NCBI GenBank assembly: GCA_038326775.1
Contig: JBBQKJ010000009.1
Span: forward strand, 9,457 to 73,456
Direction: 5' to 3'
DNA: 64,000 nucleotides
DNA from: Candidatus Geothermincolia bacterium
GTDB taxonomy: Bacteria > Actinomycetota > Geothermincolia > Fen-727 > Anoxymicrobiaceae
Both the position numbers and the translations under genes were made by a program. Positions 47,103-57,156 of this stretch are shown in pieces; position 1 is the stretch's first letter, and each line of letters starts with the position of its first letter. The notes under the pieces were generated by a model, which saw only the letters and a list, made by a program, of their open reading frames with translations, was not told the DNA's origin and did no database searches.

Positions 47103-48133
47103 GCCGTCTTTGCCTCCTTGGCTTCAGCCTGCTTGGACTTATCCAGGATGTCCAGTATGTCGATGTTGACCGGGCAGTGGTTGATACAGCGCCCGCAGCC
47201 GACGCAGGCTATCACGTCGAACTTCTCCGGGAAGTACGAGTACTTGTGGCTGATGCGGTTGCGCGTGCGCTCCTTGCGCGTCGGCCTGGGGTTGTGCCCG
47301 GACGTGTGCAGCGAGTACTCGGAGAACATGCAGGTGTCCCACATGCGCGCGCGCCTGGCGTCGAACGCCTCGGCCTCGTCCTGGATGTCGAAGCAGTGGC
47401 AGGTGGGGCACAGGAACGTGCATATCCCGCAGCCCAGGCACCTGTCGGAGAACTGCTCCCAGAACGGGTGGTCGTAGAGCGACGGGAGCTTCTCGGGTAT
47501 GCCGGCGGTGTCGATGGAACGCGCCACCTTCTTCAGGGCGTCCTCACCCTGTTTCGCCGCCGCCTTCGCGTCCGCGTCGCCGGCGGCCTCGAGTCCCGCC
47601 GCCTTCGCGAACTCCTCGCCCTTGTCGGTGAGGGAATTAACGTAGTACGCGTCGCCCAGGTCGAACATGAGGGCGTCCAGCCCCTTCTCTGAAGCCGGCC
47701 CGCCGCCCACCGACGGGCAGAAGCAGTTAGCGCAAGGTTCCGCGCAGGCGAGCCCGACGAGGGTGGTGCCCTCACGGCGCTTCTGGTAGTAGGGGTCCGC
47801 GAAGTCCCACCCGTAGAGGTTGTCCACGATGCTGTAGGCATGCGCGTCACACGGCCTTATCCCGAACACCATCCTCTTCTTGGAGGCATCCGGCACTGAC
47901 GGCTCGACCTCCGTTGAGCCCAGGCGGTACTTGAAGAGCGTCTCGGTCTGGGGGAACATCAGCTCCTTGGGCGGGACGGTGGTGTTATCGTAGTCGAGGC
48001 TGACGTTGGCGGGGTCGGTGACCTCCTTGAACCTCAGCACGTCACCGACCGCAGCCGGCGCGAAGACCTGATACTCTTTGAGACTGGTTAGCACATCTGC
48101 GAGCTTGTCTCTTGCGAACTTGTAATCTCCCAT
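47099..48133 (-). CDS. flxB: 4Fe-4S dicluster protein (FlxB/AsrA-like)
   Basis: PPKELMFP, GIRPCD, CLGCGICTFLCPTCHCF, CVGCGRCINHCP. Confidence 0.85.
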   Translation of the reverse strand: MGDYKFARDKLADVLTSLKEYQVFAPAAVGDVLRFKEVTDPANVSLDYDNTTVPPKELMFPQTETLFKYRLGSTEVEPSVPDASKKRMVFGIRPCDAHAYSIVDNLYGWDFADPYYQKRREGTTLVGLACAEPCANCFCPSVGGGPASEKGLDALMFDLGDAYYVNSLTDKGEEFAKAAGLEAAGDADAKAAAKQGEDALKKVARSIDTAGIPEKLPSLYDHPFWEQFSDRCLGCGICTFLCPTCHCFDIQDEAEAFDARRARMWDTCMFSEYSLHTSGHNPRPTRKERTRNRISHKYSYFPEKFDVIACVGCGRCINHCPVNIDILDILDKSKQAEAKEAKTA

Positions 48134-48142
48134 AGCCTCCAC

Positions 48143-49126
48143 CTACATTATGTATTCTTCGGGGTCCTGCGGGTTGTAGCAGGCGAGCATCGGCTCGGCC
48201 TCGACGTCCACCCCCGGCTCGTACTCGAACATCTCTTTAACGTCACGGGTCATCTTGCGATTGAGCGTCATGATGGGGATGTCCACAGGGCAGACCCGCT
48301 GGCACTCCATGCACTCGATACAGCGCCCCGCCAGGTGCCACGCGCGCTGCACGTGGTAGACGGTGTTCTCGCTGATGTCGGTCGACCGGCGCGTCCACTG
48401 GGGGCGCAGCTTGCTGACCACGCACTCCACGCAGTAGCACATCGGGCAGACGTTCCGGCAGGAGTAGCAGCGGATGCACTTGGAGAACTGCTCATCCCAG
48501 TGCTTCCACTTATCCTCCGGGCTCATCTTCTCGAACTCGTCGACGTCGGCGAAGTCGTCGTCGGCCCACTTCTCGACCTCCTCGCCCAGCAGGAAGTCGC
48601 TCACGAGCGGGTTGGGGTAGCGACAGCGCAGGCACTTGTCCATGAGGATGTTCGACCGGTCAACCGTCTTGACATCGCCGCCGATATCGAGGGCCACCTT
48701 CTCCTTGTCGACCTTCGCGGAGACCTGCGCGCCGGTCTGGCCGAACAGCTTCTCGGCTTTGCGCCGGTCGACGACCCCGAGGCAGGGGATGCCCAGGACG
48801 ACCACGTCCTCACGAGCGTACGCCTTCTCGACGAGCTGCTGGACCACGGCGCGCGAGTCGCAGCCCTTGACCATGACAGCCACCTTGCGGGTGTCAGGCT
48901 CGGCGCCGCGCGGCACCGGCTTCTTTTCCTCGATAGCGATAAACGAGGCCGGGTTCGCGACGCAGGTGGCGTCGAAGATGAGCTGCTCGGCCTGGGAGGC
49001 GTCGGTCACGACCGCGGGAGCGGCTTCGAAGCCGTAGGTGCCCCGCTTCCAGCCGATGAGGCGCCTCACGTCATCGCGTATAAGAGTCTCCCTGGCCTTT
49101 TCCTGGAGTTTTTTCTCGTCTACCAA
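48143..49126 (-). CDS. flxC: 4Fe-4S dicluster protein (FlxC-like)
   Basis: KGCDSRA, CIRCYSCRNVCPMCYC, HLAGRCIECMECQRVCP. Confidence 0.82.
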   Translation of the reverse strand: MVDEKKLQEKARETLIRDDVRRLIGWKRGTYGFEAAPAVVTDASQAEQLIFDATCVANPASFIAIEEKKPVPRGAEPDTRKVAVMVKGCDSRAVVQQLVEKAYAREDVVVLGIPCLGVVDRRKAEKLFGQTGAQVSAKVDKEKVALDIGGDVKTVDRSNILMDKCLRCRYPNPLVSDFLLGEEVEKWADDDFADVDEFEKMSPEDKWKHWDEQFSKCIRCYSCRNVCPMCYCVECVVSKLRPQWTRRSTDISENTVYHVQRAWHLAGRCIECMECQRVCPVDIPIMTLNRKMTRDVKEMFEYEPGVDVEAEPMLACYNPQDPEEYIM

Positions 49127-49551
49127 TTTATCTGCCTCCGTCTGAATTGGTCCATGGGACCCGCTTCCTTGGCCTTGGCAACCGTCTCCTCGACGACGTC
49201 GGCGAACTTGGCGCCCTCGGAGGCGGATACCCAGCTCATGTTGACGCGGCCGGGGTCTACCCCGACGTGCTCCAGGAGCTTGCGCATCAGCATGAATCGG
49301 CGCCTGGCGTAGAAGTTGCCCTCGAGGTAGTGGCAGTCACCCGGGTGGCAGCCCGAGATGAGCACGCCGTCCGCGCCCTGCTGCAGGGCGTTCAGGAGGA
49401 ACAGCGGGTTAACGCGTCCCGAGCACATCACCCTGATTATCTTGACGTTCGGCAGATAACGCATCCTCGAGGTCCCCGCCAGGTCGGCTCCGGCGTACGA
49501 GCACCAGTTGCACAGGAAAGCGACTATGTTGGGCTCGAATTCTTCACTCAT
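49120..49551 (-). CDS. mvhD: MvhD/FlxD [2Fe-2S] subunit
   Basis: FLCNWCSYAGAD, RVMCSGRV, GCHPGDCHY, WVSASEG; ATG overlaps the hdrA stop. Confidence 0.92.
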   Translation of the reverse strand: MSEEFEPNIVAFLCNWCSYAGADLAGTSRMRYLPNVKIIRVMCSGRVNPLFLLNALQQGADGVLISGCHPGDCHYLEGNFYARRRFMLMRKLLEHVGVDPGRVNMSWVSASEGAKFADVVEETVAKAKEAGPMDQFRRRQINW

Positions 49552-51575
49552 TACGGCTTCACTCCTAGTACAGCTATTTGTGGCAGTATCTGTTCGTCCT
49601 TGAAGGACCTGGGCTGTATGGCACCAGACAGACAGGCCGCCGCGCAGCTGCCGCAGCCCTTGCATAGCGCCTCGTTCACAAACGCCACCTGGACTATGTT
49701 GCCCATGCGGTTTTCCTCGACCAGCTCGATGGCGCCGAACGGGCACACCTCCACGCAGAACCCGCAGCCCCGGCATTCATCCGGCGATACCACGGAGACC
49801 ATGGCCTCGACCTTGACCTTCCCGTAAGCCATCAGTATGAGCGCGCTGGAAGCGGCGGCCTTCGCCTGGGCCACAGTATCGGGGATGTCCTTGGGACCCT
49901 GGCAGCATCCGGCGAGGAACACGCCGTCGGAGGCGGTGTCCACGGGGCGCAGCTTGGGGTGGGCCTCGAGGAAGAAGCCGTCGGTGGACTGCGAGAGCTT
50001 GAACAGGTCGATGATCTCGCGGATGTCCTTGCGCGGCTCGAGGCCGACGCCGAGGACGACCATGTCAGCCTCGTATTCCATCGGGGTGCCGGTGAGGGTG
50101 TCCTCGACCTTCACGACCACGGTGTGGTCGTCACCCTTGCGGTAGATCTCCGAGGGGTTGCCGCGCACGTAGCGCACCCCTTCACGCCTCACCCTGTCGT
50201 AGAACTCCTCGAAGCCCTTGCCGAACGCGCGCATGTCCATGTAGAAGACGGTGATCTCGGCCTCGGGCAGCTTGTCGCGGATGAGGTGGGCCTGCTTGGC
50301 CAGGTACATGCAGCACACTCGCGAGCAGTACTCGTTGCCGACCGACTTGTCGCGGGAGCCCACGCAGTGGATGAAGGCCACCTTCTCGGGGAGGTAGCCG
50401 CCCTCGCCCTTCTTGTCGCGGCCGAGGACAGGCTTGCCCCCGGTGGGGCCGGACGAGGACACCAGGCGCTCGAACTCGAGCCCGGTTATCACGTTATCGT
50501 TCTCTGCCCAGCCGTACTCGGGCTTTTTCTCCATGGGGAAAACGTCGAAGCCCGTGGCAACGATGACGGTGCCGATCTCTATCTCGACCATCTCGTCTTC
50601 CTGCTCGAAGTTGATGGCTCCAGGGCCGCACGCGGCCACGCAGGCCGGGCCTTCCTTGCCGCACTTCCCCTTGGACAGTTGCAGGCAACGCTCCGGGTCG
50701 ATGGTGTACTTGGCCGGGACCGCCTGCGGGAACGGCAGGTAAATGGCCCCGCGATTGCCGATAAGCTCGTCGAACTCGCTGGGGATGCGCCCCGCCAGCC
50801 GGCAGTTCTCCGCGCAGACGCCGCAGCCGGTGCACTTATCGAAGTCCACGTAGCGCGCCTTCTTGCGGATCTTGGCCTTGAAGTTACCCACGTAGCCGGA
50901 GATCTCCTCGAGCTGGGAGTAGGTCATGAGCTCGATGTTGGGGTGGTTGGCCACGTCCACCATCTTGGGAGTCAGGATGCAGGCCGAGCAGTCGAGGGTG
51001 GGGAAAGTCTTGTCGAGCTGGGCCATGTGGCCTCCCACAGACGGGGTCTTCTCCACCAGGTACACCTTGAACCCGGCGTCCGCGATATCGAGCGCGGCCT
51101 GGATGCCCGCGATCCCCGCGCCGATGATGAGACAGGAGGGGATGACGTCGACCTCCTTCTCCTCGAGCGCCTCGAGCAGAAGTGCTTTGGCAACGGCGGC
51201 CTCGACCAGTTTCTTGGCCTTCTCGGTAGCCTCGGCGTGGTCCACTGTCACCCAGGAGACCTGCTCTCGGATGTTGGCCATCTCCAGGAAGTAGGGGTTC
51301 AGCCCGGCTTCCCTGATCGCCTTGCGGAATGTCGGCTCGTGCATGCGGGGTGAGCATGAGGCCACGATGACGCGGTTGAGCTTCTCGTTGGCTATGTCTT
51401 CCTTGATCAAGTTCTGGCCCGGGTCCGAGCACATGTAGGTATACTCGCGCGAAACCGCGACCCCGGGCAGCTTCGAGGCGAACTCGACGACCGCCGGCAC
51501 GTCGATAACCGAGGCTATATTGATGCCGCAGTCGCAGACGTACACGCCTATCTTGGGTCTGTAGCTTTCAACCAT
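49551..51575 (-). CDS. hdrA: Heterodisulfide reductase subunit A-like flavoprotein
   Basis: GVYVCDCG, CSPRMHEPTF, ANIREQ, GAGIAGI, DKTFPTLDCSAC, CVGSRD..YCSRVCC, GCCQGPKDI, C-terminal ferredoxin. Confidence 0.95.
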   Translation of the reverse strand: MVESYRPKIGVYVCDCGINIASVIDVPAVVEFASKLPGVAVSREYTYMCSDPGQNLIKEDIANEKLNRVIVASCSPRMHEPTFRKAIREAGLNPYFLEMANIREQVSWVTVDHAEATEKAKKLVEAAVAKALLLEALEEKEVDVIPSCLIIGAGIAGIQAALDIADAGFKVYLVEKTPSVGGHMAQLDKTFPTLDCSACILTPKMVDVANHPNIELMTYSQLEEISGYVGNFKAKIRKKARYVDFDKCTGCGVCAENCRLAGRIPSEFDELIGNRGAIYLPFPQAVPAKYTIDPERCLQLSKGKCGKEGPACVAACGPGAINFEQEDEMVEIEIGTVIVATGFDVFPMEKKPEYGWAENDNVITGLEFERLVSSSGPTGGKPVLGRDKKGEGGYLPEKVAFIHCVGSRDKSVGNEYCSRVCCMYLAKQAHLIRDKLPEAEITVFYMDMRAFGKGFEEFYDRVRREGVRYVRGNPSEIYRKGDDHTVVVKVEDTLTGTPMEYEADMVVLGVGLEPRKDIREIIDLFKLSQSTDGFFLEAHPKLRPVDTASDGVFLAGCCQGPKDIPDTVAQAKAAASSALILMAYGKVKVEAMVSVVSPDECRGCGFCVEVCPFGAIELVEENRMGNIVQVAFVNEALCKGCGSCAAACLSGAIQPRSFKDEQILPQIAVLGVKP

Positions 51576-51598
51576 TTACTCCGGTCCTCCTTGGGCGC

Positions 51599-52561
51599 CT
51601 ACCCCTTCATCTCCTTCAGCTTGTCGATAAGGGCGGGAACCACCTTAAGCAAGTCATCTGCTATTCCGTAGTCCGCGTACTGGAATATGGGGGCGTCCGG
51701 GTCCTTGTTGATGGCAACGACCAGGTCCGCGCCCTTCATCCCGGTCACATGCTGGAACGCGCCGCTGATGCCCAGGGCCAGGTACAACTTGGGCTTCACG
51801 GTCTTGCCCGAGATTCCCACCTGGCGGTCGGCCGGGAGCCAGCCGGCGTCCACAACGGCCCGGCTTCCGGATACGTCCGCTCCGATGAGCCCGGCGAGCT
51901 CCTCGACCATCGGCATGTTCTTGTCCTCGCGGAGACCGCGGCCGACGGAGACGAGCATCGAGGACTGGGTGATGTCAACGTCGCCGACAGGGGGCTGCTC
52001 GTACTCGAGGAATTTGCGGGCGGTCGCCTCCGATGCGACCGGGTTGTCCACTTTCTCGATCGCGCCGGACTTGCCACCCTCCGCGGCCGGGACCGCGCCC
52101 TCGCGGAGCCCGACCACGTACAGCTCGGCGTCCTTGAACTCGATGCGGCCGTTGATCTTGCCGCCGTAATACGCGCGGGTCGCGACCGGCTTGTCGCCCT
52201 CGATGGCCAGGCCGATGATGTCGGAGGTGAACGACGCCCCGAGCTCGAGAGCGAGCGACGCCAGTATGTCGGCGCCCTGGCCGGTGTTCGGGATTATCAC
52301 CAGGTGGGGCTTGTCCTTGTTGATCAGCGCGACCAGGGCAGCCTGGAAGTTGATGGCGTTCCAGTTCGCGAACATCGGGTCGTCGACTACGATGACCCTG
52401 TCCGCGTATGACGCGAGCTTGCCAGCGAAATCGTCCATCCCGCTGCCGAGCAGGACCGCCGTGACCTTGCCTTCGAGCTGGCCGGCGAGAGTCAGCATCT
52501 CCAGGGTGACGTCTCGCAGCTCGCCCTGCCTGTGCTCCGCCAGTACGAATATCTCGTGCAT
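51599..52561 (-). CDS. etfA: Electron transfer flavoprotein alpha subunit
   Basis: SRAVVDAGW, QVGISGKTV.P.LY.ALGISGAFQH, AINKDPDAPIF. Confidence 0.95.
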   Translation of the reverse strand: MHEIFVLAEHRQGELRDVTLEMLTLAGQLEGKVTAVLLGSGMDDFAGKLASYADRVIVVDDPMFANWNAINFQAALVALINKDKPHLVIIPNTGQGADILASLALELGASFTSDIIGLAIEGDKPVATRAYYGGKINGRIEFKDAELYVVGLREGAVPAAEGGKSGAIEKVDNPVASEATARKFLEYEQPPVGDVDITQSSMLVSVGRGLREDKNMPMVEELAGLIGADVSGSRAVVDAGWLPADRQVGISGKTVKPKLYLALGISGAFQHVTGMKGADLVVAINKDPDAPIFQYADYGIADDLLKVVPALIDKLKEMKG

Positions 52562-53359
52562 CTATACCAGCCCCTTTTCCTTGAGTATGCCGGCGAGCTT
52601 GCCCGCGGTCTCACCAGGGTCGCCCTCGAGGATCTCCGCGAGGTCACCAACCACTGGAACCGAGTACTGGACCATCACTGCCACTGAACCGGCCTCGCCG
52701 ACCTGGTCCTCCGAGAGGCCGGTCGCCGCCAGGTCCATGACCTTGATCTCCTTCTTGGAAGCCTCGCGGATGCCTTTGAACGAGGCATAGCGGGGCTCGT
52801 TGCCGCCGGTCTGGATGGTGAGCACGCAGGGCGTGTCGATCTCGTCCATCTCGAGCAGGCCGCCCTCGAGCTCGCGCCCGATTTTCAGCTTGCCCTCGCC
52901 GATGACCTCGACGGTCTTGACGTACGCCGCGTGAGGCACGCCCATCAGGCTTGCCAGCGCCACGCCGACCGCGCCGTAGCCGTCATCGGAAGCCAGGCAT
53001 CCGGTCATCACGATGTCGCAGGACAGGTCCTTGATGGCCGACTGAAGTATGCGGGCAAGGGCCACCGGGTCCGAGCCGGCGAACTTCTCGTCGTCCAGCC
53101 TGATCGCGCCGTCGCCGCCCTTGGCGAGAGCCATTCTGATAACCTGGTTGGCCGCTTCGGACCCAACGTTAACAACCGTTACTTCTCCTTCGTGCTTCTC
53201 CTTGAGCAGGATCGCCTCTTCCACCGCGTAGTTGTCCGCGTCGTTGATCACGAAGCTGAACTTCCCCTGATCAACGCCCTTCCCACTGGAGTCTATGTGG
53301 ACTTCAGTGTCGGGATCGGAAGTGTCCGGCACCTGCTTCACGCAGACCACAATTTTCAT
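52562..53359 (-). CDS. etfB: Electron transfer flavoprotein beta subunit
   Basis: MKIVVCVKQVPD, D.YAVEEA, RELEGG, NEPRY. Confidence 0.95.
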   Translation of the reverse strand: MKIVVCVKQVPDTSDPDTEVHIDSSGKGVDQGKFSFVINDADNYAVEEAILLKEKHEGEVTVVNVGSEAANQVIRMALAKGGDGAIRLDDEKFAGSDPVALARILQSAIKDLSCDIVMTGCLASDDGYGAVGVALASLMGVPHAAYVKTVEVIGEGKLKIGRELEGGLLEMDEIDTPCVLTIQTGGNEPRYASFKGIREASKKEIKVMDLAATGLSEDQVGEAGSVAVMVQYSVPVVGDLAEILEGDPGETAGKLAGILKEKGLV

Positions 53360-53430
53360 ACCCGGTTCACCTCACTTCTTTTCGAGCTGCCTTTACTGGT
53401 CAAATGTCCGATCGTTTCCTTATTCCCCTT

Positions 53431-54564
53431 CTATAGAGCCTCGTCCAGGAGTTCCAGGATGTCCTTTACCTGCATCTCTTCCTCGAAGCCTTTGGCCTTG
53501 ATGGCGTCCTCGATGGTCAGCCAGCAGAACGGGCAGGCCACCGCTATGGTCTGCGCGCCAAGGTCGTGCGCGTCCGCGACACGGGTCTCGGCGAGACGAG
53601 GCGCCTTTGACTCGGACTCTACCCACATCTTGCCGCCGCCGCCTTCGCAGCAGAGGCTGCGCTCCTTTGAGCGGTAAAACTCGGTGAGCTCGACCCCCTT
53701 GATCTTGCCGAGCACGTAGCGCGGCTCGTCGAAGACAAGGTTCTTCTTGCCGAGGTAGCAGGGGTCGTGGAAGACGACCTTCGAGGAGATCTCTTTAGTG
53801 AGCTCCAGCTTGCCGTCCTCGAGCAGCTCGGCGATGAGCTGTGTGTAGTGCTGCACTGGCAGCGCGAGGTTGGTGTACTCGTTCTTGAAGGAGTTGAAGC
53901 AGTGGGGTGAGAGGGTCACCAGGCGCTTGACGTCGTACCGCCCGAAGAGCTCGGTGTTCTCCTCGTCGAAGTACTCGAAAAGGCCTTCCTCGCCGAGCCT
54001 GCGGGCCTCGGAACCGCAGTGCTTCTCCTCCGTGCCGATGAACCCGAAATCGACGCCCGCCGCGTTGAGCACGCGCACGAGCTTCTTCACGATCGGCATG
54101 ATCTTCGGATCGTAGGCGCCGGTGCAGCATATATGCAGCAGCACGTCGGCCTTCTCACCCTCCTCGAGCACGCGGACGTTTTCGAGCCCCTCAGCCCAGT
54201 CCATCCGCTTCGCCGCGGCCTTGCCCCATGGGTTGCCGTTGTTGAACATGCTTTCAAGAGCGGTGATGGCGGTCTGCTCGATGTTGCCCTCTTCGGCCCT
54301 CATGGCCCGGAGGCCGAGCAGGACCTCGAACGGCTCCAGCCCCTTGGGACAGCGGATGGCGCAGGTGTTGCACGTGGTGCAGTCCCAGATGTCAGGACTC
54401 TCGGAGAGCTCCTCGAGCCGGCTGTCGTCAACCGTGTCGTAGACGAAGCGGCGGACGTTGAGGGCGGTGCGCTCAGTGACAGGGCAACCACCGGTGCACC
54501 TGCCGCACTGGATGCAACCCAGGAGGTCGTATTTCTCCACGAAAACTCCGTGTTCAATGCTCAT
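53431..54564 (-). CDS. HdrD-like Fe-S / CCG-domain oxidoreductase
   Basis: CIQCGRCTGGCP, CTTCNTCAIRCP, GNPWG, HDPCYLG, CCEGGG, ACPFC. Confidence 0.88.
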   Translation of the reverse strand: MSIEHGVFVEKYDLLGCIQCGRCTGGCPVTERTALNVRRFVYDTVDDSRLEELSESPDIWDCTTCNTCAIRCPKGLEPFEVLLGLRAMRAEEGNIEQTAITALESMFNNGNPWGKAAAKRMDWAEGLENVRVLEEGEKADVLLHICCTGAYDPKIMPIVKKLVRVLNAAGVDFGFIGTEEKHCGSEARRLGEEGLFEYFDEENTELFGRYDVKRLVTLSPHCFNSFKNEYTNLALPVQHYTQLIAELLEDGKLELTKEISSKVVFHDPCYLGKKNLVFDEPRYVLGKIKGVELTEFYRSKERSLCCEGGGGKMWVESESKAPRLAETRVADAHDLGAQTIAVACPFCWLTIEDAIKAKGFEEEMQVKDILELLDEAL

Positions 54565-54649
54565 CTTCCACTCCATTGTTTGGTTGCTGACATGAATCGG
54601 CGCACCCTGAAGGGGCGCACCGCGACTCACATCCAATTTAAGCCCTTGA

Positions 54650-54679
54650 ATTCTATACACAACTATTTGTAAATTTCAA
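54650..54679 (-). promoter_or_regulatory. Candidate sigma70 promoter of the hdrD-etf-hdrA-flx operon
   Basis: Minus-strand TTGAAA-N18-TAGAAT in an AT-rich island. Confidence 0.45.
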
Positions 54680-54904
54680 ATGGTTTTCATTACAGCATCG
54701 AGCAATTCGCCGTGCCGCGCTTCATATTTGCCGCAGCCTGCGAAACCAGTGCGCAGGGGTGGTGTCGCGGGGGCGCGCTGGGAGATTGGACTGCTCAGAA
54801 AATCGAGGCTTGCGAGGGGCCTTTACAGCGCCGATTATCGCGGTAAGAAGGGATAGCCGCGAAATGATGAAAGTCCTCAAGGGTGGCTTGATTATGGAGG
54901 TGGG

Positions 54905-56233
54905 ATGATGAAGGTTGTCGTTGTCGGGGCCGGACCGGCCGGGCTTGCCGCGACCTACGCTTTAAAGAAGAAGGGCGTCGACGTCGTGACGTTTGAGCGT
55001 TCGGACAACGCCGGCGGGAGGGCTCTTTGCGTCACGAAAGACGGTTTCACCTGTGACATGGGCGCCCAGTTCCTGGGCAAGTTCTATGAAACGACTTTTC
55101 GTTTCTGCGAGGAGCTCGGCATGTCACGGGACATCATCCCGTTCAACTTCAAGGCGGCCACCTGGAGAAACGGGAAGTTCCACGTTATTTCCGACGACAC
55201 GAGCGCGGTCAACCGGCTGAAAGCGCTTCCCGGCCTTTTCACTGGAGTGCCGCCGATGGCGATGCTCCAGGCGGCCAGGATGGGGCCTCGTATCTTGCGC
55301 AGGCTTCCGGCGGTGCTAAAAGTCGATTTCGACAGGTTGCGCGGTGTCGATCACCTGAGTTTTGCCGATTTCGTTTTGAAGTGCGGCGGAAAGGAAGCTC
55401 TGGAGAGCATCTTCCAGCAGTTCTGCGCAGGTTTGACCCTCGGTGAGCCTGAAGATATCGGAACCGCCCATGCGCTCTCTCTTTTCAATTTCGCCAGGGG
55501 CCTTCTCGCCCTCAGGGGCGGTTTCGGATCGCTGACCGACAGGCTGCACGAGGAATGCTCTGACGAGGTGAGGCTCTCCTCACGCGTGAAGAGGGTTGTC
55601 CTCGACGGCAAGGCAGTGAAGGGTGTCGAAACGGATGAGGGCTTTGTCGAAGCGGACGCGGTGATATGCGCCACGACCGCGGGTGTCGCCCGCGACATCA
55701 TCGGCGACCTGCCAGACGGAATGCGTAAAGCGCTCGAAAAGGTGAGATACAGCAAGTGCCGGCACGTATGCTTCTGCCTCGAGGAGCGCCTGCTGCCGCG
55801 CGGTTGGTACGCGGGGGCGATACCGAGAAAGGCCGGATCGTTCCTTCCCGCCATAGTCGACAGCTCCGAGAAATCTCCGGACCACACTCCACGGGGCGCC
55901 GGACAGGTCCATTGCTTCACCTATGGCCGAAAGGCCTCGGAATACGACGATCTGCCTGACGGGAAGCTCGCCGAACTCATGATCGAAGAAGTCAGGAGAT
56001 TCGTTCCGTCGATGCCCGGCAAACCGCTGTTTTATCTGCACTGCCGATGGGACGAGGCGATCTGCCTGGAACCGCCGGGCATGCTGGCCGCGATGGAGGC
56101 TTTGAGGTCGGGGGATTGCGGAAAGGTCGGCGGCTTGTATCTCGCCGGGTCTTACATGCGCCTTCTTTCCTCGGTCGAGGGCTCGCTTCGAAGCGGTGAA
56201 GAAGCCGCCATGGACGCGTTGAGATACTCCTGA
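54905..56233 (+). CDS. FAD-dependent oxidoreductase (amine oxidase / HemY-like), paralogue of 30839-32173
   Basis: GAGPAGLAA, GGR, DMGAQF, LTLGEPEDI, RWDEAICL, SVEGSLRSG. Confidence 0.85.
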   Translation: MMKVVVVGAGPAGLAATYALKKKGVDVVTFERSDNAGGRALCVTKDGFTCDMGAQFLGKFYETTFRFCEELGMSRDIIPFNFKAATWRNGKFHVISDDTSAVNRLKALPGLFTGVPPMAMLQAARMGPRILRRLPAVLKVDFDRLRGVDHLSFADFVLKCGGKEALESIFQQFCAGLTLGEPEDIGTAHALSLFNFARGLLALRGGFGSLTDRLHEECSDEVRLSSRVKRVVLDGKAVKGVETDEGFVEADAVICATTAGVARDIIGDLPDGMRKALEKVRYSKCRHVCFCLEERLLPRGWYAGAIPRKAGSFLPAIVDSSEKSPDHTPRGAGQVHCFTYGRKASEYDDLPDGKLAELMIEEVRRFVPSMPGKPLFYLHCRWDEAICLEPPGMLAAMEALRSGDCGKVGGLYLAGSYMRLLSSVEGSLRSGEEAAMDALRYS

Positions 56234-56318
56234 GCGATAGACTCACCGCCTTGTCCGGCGCAAGCGTCGGTCAAACCACGCGGGTTGCGGATCCGGCAAG
56301 TTCCGGATGAACGCGGGC

Positions 56319-57080
56319 TCACTGGCCCAGGATGCCCCCCAGGATGCCCCCCGCGCCACCGCCGCCGCCCTGCTGGCCTGCCATGCTGGTGGTGGGGGCG
56401 ACCTCGCTCGGCTGGACGATGACGTAGCCCTGCCCCTGGAACACCAGCTGGAAAGTCTCGCCGCTTGTCATCGAACCGAACATGCCCTTCAGGCTCTTCA
56501 GGTTGGCGTCCACGTTCACCGACGGCTCGAGGCCGTAGGACCAGGCGATCGTCGCGTTGGGGTCGGTGTAGGTCGGCGAGTCCGGGGTGACGGTCAGAGC
56601 CATGGGCGTGCCCTTGCTGATGAGCGCCAGGTAGCCGGTGCCCTGGAGCTCCAGCGTCCACAGGCCTCCCGACATCATGCCGGCCGCGCCTTTTATCATC
56701 TTGATGTCCCAGGAGATGCTCGGGGTGAAGGCGAGCAGGTTCAGCGACTCGACCCCGATGGCTTCGTTATCCAGGTACAACAGGATTATGTCGTTGGCCG
56801 CGTCCGCCAGGAACAGGTCGCCCTCCCCGTTGACCTCCATGAGGGTAAACTGCTCGCCGGAGACCTGCTTTTTCAGCCATTTGCCCGCTCCGCCGCCTTT
56901 CTTGGCGAAGTTCATCTGGCCCTGGTAGGCTATCATGGCGCCCGCCTTGGTGAGCACCTGGCCTCCCGCCGCGGCCATGTTGACCTTCAGCAATTTCCCG
57001 TTCTGGAGCACGAAAGCGTCGGGGATGTCGGTCTCCCTGGACTGCTCCAGCAGCGTTGAGAGCATTATTGCCCGTTCCAT
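56319..57080 (-). CDS. AIM24 family protein
   Basis: KAGAMIAYQG, GEGDLFLAD, NLLAF, TDPNATIAWS, SGETFQL.F.GQGYVIVQPSE. Confidence 0.88.
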   Translation of the reverse strand: MERAIMLSTLLEQSRETDIPDAFVLQNGKLLKVNMAAAGGQVLTKAGAMIAYQGQMNFAKKGGGAGKWLKKQVSGEQFTLMEVNGEGDLFLADAANDIILLYLDNEAIGVESLNLLAFTPSISWDIKMIKGAAGMMSGGLWTLELQGTGYLALISKGTPMALTVTPDSPTYTDPNATIAWSYGLEPSVNVDANLKSLKGMFGSMTSGETFQLVFQGQGYVIVQPSEVAPTTSMAGQQGGGGGAGGILGGILGQ

Positions 57081-57156
57081 GTCGCTTCCTCCTGTTCGGC
57101 TGTCGTTTCCAGCTACGGGTGAGTCCGCGGGGAGCGGCCGCGCGAGCAGCACGTCT

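Noticed and set aside
49120-51575. Selenocysteine in HdrA or MvhD
   Set aside because: The usual Sec positions (LDCSAC, CNWC, GCHPGDC) are Cys codons with no in-frame TGA.
54667-54680. Rex operator upstream of the hdrD operon
   Set aside because: TTGTAAATTTCAAA has the wrong spacing and several mismatches to TTGTGAA-N4-TTCACAA.
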